DNA from: Candidatus Jordarchaeales archaeon
GTDB taxonomy: Archaea; Asgardarchaeota; Jordiarchaeia; Jordiarchaeales; Freyrarchaeaceae
DNA: 32,000 nucleotides
NCBI GenBank assembly: GCA_038889235.1
Contig: JAWAHN010000002.1
Span: 441,424 to 473,423, forward strand
Direction of reading: 5' to 3'
Made by a program: the position numbers and the translations under genes. This document shows positions 27,913 to 32,000 of the stretch, piece after piece (the stretch's first letter is position 1; every line of letters begins with the position of its first letter). The notes under the pieces were generated by a model. The model made no database searches. It worked only from the letters and a program-made list of their open reading frames with translations, and was not told where the DNA came from.

Positions 27913-28572
27913 GTGGCGGGAAGAGCTATAATTGTGACTTTGGGTTTCGACGAGAAATTCGTTATAAGGGCGATCATGCGTAACGCCCCGTTAAAGGAAG
28001 ATAAGGTCATAGTTTTCGTTCCATCTTTCAAGGATGAAAGGGCTGAGAGAGCACTCAGCTCACTTAAAGAGTTCTGCGCTAAGATAGGAGAGTTGCGTCT
28101 CGAGGAACAGGAGGTTCCCGTCACCGATGTCGAAGGCGCTATAGCGAAGGTGTACCGTGTCCTCAGCCGCGAATTGATGGATGGGAGGAAGCTCTGCTTC
28201 AACTTGAGCGGCGGGATGAGAGTGTTGATACTTGAAGTGTTGGCGGCCGCCCTCGCAGTTCTAAGAAGCATGCCCGAAACGAAGGTCGAGGTTGAACTGG
28301 AAAACCTTATGGGGCGGGTCGAGTTTAGTTTAAACCACTTCATGCTTTCACAGCCAAGCACACCTGAAAAAGACATTTTGTCGTGCATAGCCGAGCTCGA
28401 GGAGAAGGGGAAGGTTGCGACGCTCAACACTCTTACTTCAACGCTCAAGGAGCCGCGAACCACACTTTACCGCAAGCTCCTAGACTTAGCCGATAAAGGT
28501 TACGTGAAAGTGGAGAAGCTTGGCAGGTCCATGTTTTTCACGCTCACCAGCATTGGGAGAATATTCCTGTGA
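27913..28572 (+). CDS. csa3: Csa3 transcription regulator (CARF + wHTH)
   Basis: IVTLGFDEKFVIRA, NLSGGMR, C-terminal wHTH (RTTLYRKLLDLADKGYV...FTLT). Start GTG 27913. Confidence 0.92.
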   Translation: MAGRAIIVTLGFDEKFVIRAIMRNAPLKEDKVIVFVPSFKDERAERALSSLKEFCAKIGELRLEEQEVPVTDVEGAIAKVYRVLSRELMDGRKLCFNLSGGMRVLILEVLAAALAVLRSMPETKVEVELENLMGRVEFSLNHFMLSQPSTPEKDILSCIAELEEKGKVATLNTLTSTLKEPRTTLYRKLLDLADKGYVKVEKLGRSMFFTLTSIGRIFL

Positions 28573-28581
28573 GGGGGGTGT

Positions 28582-29520
28582 ATGAAGCGGATATTCTCCT
28601 TCACGCTCACTCTCTCCGTGGAAAGCCCGGTCTCTTTCCAGAGCTTCTCCGGCTTCGCGTCCTCCGGCCTCTTCTACAACATAGTTGCCTCGGCTGACGC
28701 CGTTTTCGCTGAGGAACTTCACCAATCGAAGAAAATCGCACCGTGGGCTGCGACGCCGATAACGCCAACGCTGAACCCGAGAAACGTCATATACAAGAAG
28801 CTAGAGGCTGACTCAGCTTTCAACGTGACTTTCACGGTGATGGATGAGAGGCTTGCCGAGAAGTTCAGGGACGCATTGTTCAACCCAAACCTGAAGCTGC
28901 ATCTGTCAACGGTTGAAGCACGCCTCCTCAACATATCAATAAAAACGCACAGCTTTTCCGAAATAGCCTCTAAAGCTGAACCCCTGCCGAGCAAGTTCGC
29001 GCTGGAATTCATAACACCAACGGCTTTTAGACGACCGGTGTACGAGTGCTGCCCGACCTGCCCGCTCTATAAAAAACACTTGGACAGCAACCAAAAAGGG
29101 GAAGGAAAACCATGCAAGCACGCCACCCCTCGAGGGGGGCAACTGGTCCCTCTTCCCCTCCCATCGCTCATGTTTAAGAACCTCGCGAGAATCTGGTCGT
29201 CTTTCTCGGACACGCCGATAGACGCGTGGGAGGCAGCCAAGTGGTCTGAAGACGCTATACTGGTAGCGGGCTTCCCCAAGGGTTTAAGAACCGTTAGGCT
29301 TTACGAACACACGACGACGAACAAGTGGATAGTGGGCTTCACGGGAACAGTGAGGTTCGCCATCGAGAGAGAAAAGTACAATAAGGAGCTGGCGAAAACA
29401 GCTCACGCACTGCTAAAAATGGCTGAGCTCACAAACGTCGGAGTAAGAAGGACAGCCGGACTAGGGATGGTAAGGTACATCCCGCCAGAGGATACAGCAG
29501 AAGAAGACGGCACGGCCTAA
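28582..29520 (+). CDS. cas6: Cas6 endoribonuclease with a Cys/His-rich insertion
   Basis: EELH..., FITPTAF, PLPLPSLMFKNL, VGFTGTVRF, Gly-rich loop NVGVRRTAGLGMV. Confidence 0.92.
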   Translation: MKRIFSFTLTLSVESPVSFQSFSGFASSGLFYNIVASADAVFAEELHQSKKIAPWAATPITPTLNPRNVIYKKLEADSAFNVTFTVMDERLAEKFRDALFNPNLKLHLSTVEARLLNISIKTHSFSEIASKAEPLPSKFALEFITPTAFRRPVYECCPTCPLYKKHLDSNQKGEGKPCKHATPRGGQLVPLPLPSLMFKNLARIWSSFSDTPIDAWEAAKWSEDAILVAGFPKGLRTVRLYEHTTTNKWIVGFTGTVRFAIEREKYNKELAKTAHALLKMAELTNVGVRRTAGLGMVRYIPPEDTAEEDGTA

Positions 29521-29626
29521 AAATTTGCGTGCTTCGTGACGGGTGTCGTCGCTCACTTTTGGTCTTCGGGGACGACTACCACGGATTGTTTACTGGTGTT
29601 CGTTTTGCGGCTGGTTCACGGTAACG

Positions 29627-29674
29627 TATATATGCCTGCTTGTAATAGTTTTGTAGTGGTGTAGTTTTGTAGTG
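29627..29674 (+). promoter_or_regulatory. Putative vapBC promoter with 13-bp direct repeat
   Basis: TATATAT at 29627-29633; TAGTTTTGTAGTG at 29646-29658 and 29662-29674. Confidence 0.4.
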
Positions 29675-29695
29675 ATATTGGCAGGTGGTTGCTTC

Positions 29696-29923
29696 ATGGT
29701 TAAGTATTCGACGATCTCGGTCCCGGAGGACGTTAAGAGGCTGCTGGAGAAAGAGAAGGGGGACAGGGAGTGGGGTGAGTTTCTTCTGAGTCTTTACGAG
29801 GATGTGAAGAAGCTTAGAGCTAGGGAGGCTTTTCGGAGGCTTACTGAGAGCCTTACGGACGAGGAGCTGGAGGACATCCTCCGCTCGAGCAGGGAGTTCA
29901 GGGAGAGCTTCAGGTTCAGGTGA
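29696..29923 (+). CDS. vapB: Antitoxin (VapB-type, RHH-like N-terminus)
   Basis: 75 aa, STISVPEDVKRLLEKEKGDREWGEFL; overlaps the PIN gene by 4 bp. Confidence 0.75.
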   Translation: MVKYSTISVPEDVKRLLEKEKGDREWGEFLLSLYEDVKKLRAREAFRRLTESLTDEELEDILRSSREFRESFRFR

Positions 29924-30276
29924 GCTTTATGAGGCTAATAGATACTGAAGCTCTAATTGAGCTTATTCGCAGAGGGGAACATGTCCCCGGAGCCATATCC
30001 ATAGTCACTTTGATCGAGGTGCTGAGGGGGGTTAAAGCAGAAAAGAGAGTCGCGGTCAAGGAAGCCCTCGAGGAGAGCTTCACGGTGATAGGGCTCGACA
30101 ACAGGGTGGTCTTAGCCTACTGCGAGCTCTACGACAGGCTGAGAGGCGAGGGCGAACTAGTACCCGACGCAGACATCCTAATAGCCGCGACAGCCATCAC
30201 CCACGACCTCGGACTAAAATCGAGAGACAAGCACTTCGAAAAACTGAGAAAGCACGGGCTAAAACTAGAACAATAA
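29920..30276 (+). CDS. vapC: PIN-domain toxin VapC
   Basis: LIDTEALI, TLIEV, DADILIAATA, SRDKHF. Confidence 0.9.
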   Translation: MSFMRLIDTEALIELIRRGEHVPGAISIVTLIEVLRGVKAEKRVAVKEALEESFTVIGLDNRVVLAYCELYDRLRGEGELVPDADILIAATAITHDLGLKSRDKHFEKLRKHGLKLEQ

Positions 30277-30792
30277 AGCGGAAACCATAAACCACAGGAA
30301 GGGCAATTGCGCCCTAATTAACCCGGCAGCTCCCCCGAGCGTTCGGTGGCTTCGCGGAAATTCTCCGTCCACGAAAGCCGGCTTCAGGCGCGGTTAAGAT
30401 ACACGTCTCTCACATAACCCACCAACCACAACACTACACTAATTTTAATGTTATTTTCAGGTACGTTTTTAGATAGAGTCTTGTTTTGTAAGTCTAGTGA
30501 CCTCCCTGTGTAAGATGCGCGGCTTTTAGGTAAAGGGGTCTTCTCGTCTCCCTGTTTTCCTTTTCGTGGGTGAAAGAAGCACGTTACTCCTTTCTCGATC
30601 CTAACTTTTCACATCTTCTCCAAGGGTTCCCTTTGCCTTCTGCTTGCTTTACTATGTTTTGGTTGAAGGATTAGTGAACTCGCCGCCTAGGCCCGGTCCC
30701 CGCTTCCCCTCAACAGAAGTTTATCAAGGCAGAATTAGAGATAATTTAGTTTTACCAATAGCCTGCGGTTCGAGTCGCTGCTGGGCTCCCGG

Positions 30793-31425
30793 CTAAACTC
30801 CGATTATTATGTCTTCTAGTCTGACGTGTATTCCTCTTTTTGTTTTGTTTACGAAGTTCACTAGTCCTGTGTGCGTGAGGTTCATCATGCAGTATCCTGG
30901 TAGGAATCGCTGCCGGTGGCCGAACATCGGCTCTTGGCTCACCACCTTCGCTAACCCCTCGAAGGCGACAAGCCTGTAGGGTCCGATCTCTTTGAAATCC
31001 CTGCTTCGCGAGTATTGGGGGCCGACGACCCATGCCGTTATAACGCAGAACTTGTCAACTTCTACCACCTCCAGCACGTGTTGAACTGGGCACCCTTGGC
31101 CCATTGGTCTCCCGACGACGATGTCACCCCTCTTGATGTCCAGCTCCCGTATGAGGAGGGGGTTGAAGGGCAAAATGTACTCTCTGCAGGACTTCTCGTT
31201 TGGAAGCGGCATCAAGATGAAGTCATACTTTTCGCCTATGACGTCTTTTCCAGTATACTCCGCGCACGTAACATCCCTTACCTCGTAGCCCTCTTCCAGA
31301 TACATGCACCTCTCGAGTAGGCTGGGGTTTTTCTCAGCCTCCTCCGCGAACCGGGCGCACGAGCTGAAGCCGCACATCCCGCAATTTCTGTTCTGCAGCC
31401 TCCTTAAGATCTCCTCTTTCTTCAT
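30793..31425 (-). CDS. Fe-S cluster-binding protein (N-terminal CxxCxxxxC...C domain)
   Basis: NCGMCGFSSC...C, GRPMGQGCPVQHV, PGYCMMNLTHTG; follows the GTPase gene directly (TAA ATG). Confidence 0.7.
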   Translation of the reverse strand: MKKEEILRRLQNRNCGMCGFSSCARFAEEAEKNPSLLERCMYLEEGYEVRDVTCAEYTGKDVIGEKYDFILMPLPNEKSCREYILPFNPLLIRELDIKRGDIVVGRPMGQGCPVQHVLEVVEVDKFCVITAWVVGPQYSRSRDFKEIGPYRLVAFEGLAKVVSQEPMFGHRQRFLPGYCMMNLTHTGLVNFVNKTKRGIHVRLEDIIIGV

Positions 31426-32000
31426 TTATTCACCCCGATAGAACAGGTCGCTTTCAAGCGTTCTCAGCATCCCAAAATGCTTCCTCCATCCTACTTCCTT
31501 CTTCCCAACGCATATAGTGCAAACGCCGAGGGGTGGCACACCTCTCAGCACAGGCTCCCCTGAGAGCTCGGGGTATCTCTCTATCTTCCTCACAAGGGGG
31601 TCAATTCCTATTCCGCGCAAGGCGTCCGCCTCTATGACTTGTACATCTGGAGCAACCTCGTTGATCCTAGCCCTAAACACCTCTCTCTCCGCCTGCGAAA
31701 CAAGGTCTATCTTAGTCATGACTGCGACGTCCGCAAGCGAGAGCAAGGGTCCCAGTTTTAGTGGAAGCTGGATGCCACTCGTAGCTTCCAGGACGACGAC
31801 TCCAAGCCCCCCTTCCACGTAGGGGGCACACCTCAAGCATAACCCGGCGGACTCAACTAAGAATATGTCGGCGCCCACGCTCCTAGCCCAGTCTAATCCG
31901 TCGCCGAGAACCAGCACATTCACATGGTCGGGGCACAAGTCTCCAGTGTACACCTTCTTTGTCGGTATCCCAAACGCCTTCCTGAACTCCTCATCCTCCA
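31426..32000 (-). CDS. HypB/UreG-like SIMIBI GTPase (metallochaperone-like), 5'-truncated by window edge
   Basis: Frame open to the edge (...EDEEFRKAFGIPTKKVYTGDLCPDH); VESAGLCLRCAP, G4 motif TKIDLV, terminal CTIC. Confidence 0.75.
   Translation of the reverse strand, partial: EDEEFRKAFGIPTKKVYTGDLCPDHVNVLVLGDGLDWARSVGADIFLVESAGLCLRCAPYVEGGLGVVVLEATSGIQLPLKLGPLLSLADVAVMTKIDLVSQAEREVFRARINEVAPDVQVIEADALRGIGIDPLVRKIERYPELSGEPVLRGVPPLGVCTICVGKKEVGWRKHFGMLRTLESDLFYRGE

Noticed and set aside
1-32000. tRNA/rRNA genes, transposases, integrases, anti-CRISPR genes, self-targeting spacer matches
   Set aside because: None recognised by eye; an exhaustive computational scan was not possible.

Overview
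Archaeal chromosomal window, probably from a thermophile (thermosome, archaeal Hsp20, tetraether lipid synthase Tes, GGTG-type RBS with frequent TTG/GTG starts; a TACK/Asgard-like assignment is inference only). Left half (1-17.4 kb): metabolic and housekeeping genes (MDR dehydrogenase, HAD phosphatase, CDC48-N/vWA protein, Tes, two more radical SAM enzymes, acyl-CoA synthetase, methyltransferase, surface 5'-nucleotidase, RNase J-like protein, nitrilase, thermosome, Hsp20). Right half: a complete type I-A CRISPR-Cas locus. The array has 20 repeats and 19 spacers and is transcribed on the minus strand; csa1-cas1-cas2-cas4 is divergent from csa5-cas7-cas5-cas8a-cas3'-cas3''-csa3-cas6. A vapBC pair and an Fe-S protein/HypB-like GTPase pair follow. 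Most notable observations: (1) a 126-nt spacer that is one open frame encoding a transmembrane helix, with a possible start inside it and a stop in the part of the next repeat that Cas6 would cut off; (2) a Cys/His, zinc-finger-like insertion in Cas6; (3) a strong keto/amino strand skew that flips at the array and again at several intergenic sites, independent of gene orientation; (4) twin TTCC-N3-GGAA palindromes in the divergent cas promoter; (5) a CDC48 N-domain fused to vWA with no ATPase. All family calls are from motif recognition; no database search was run.
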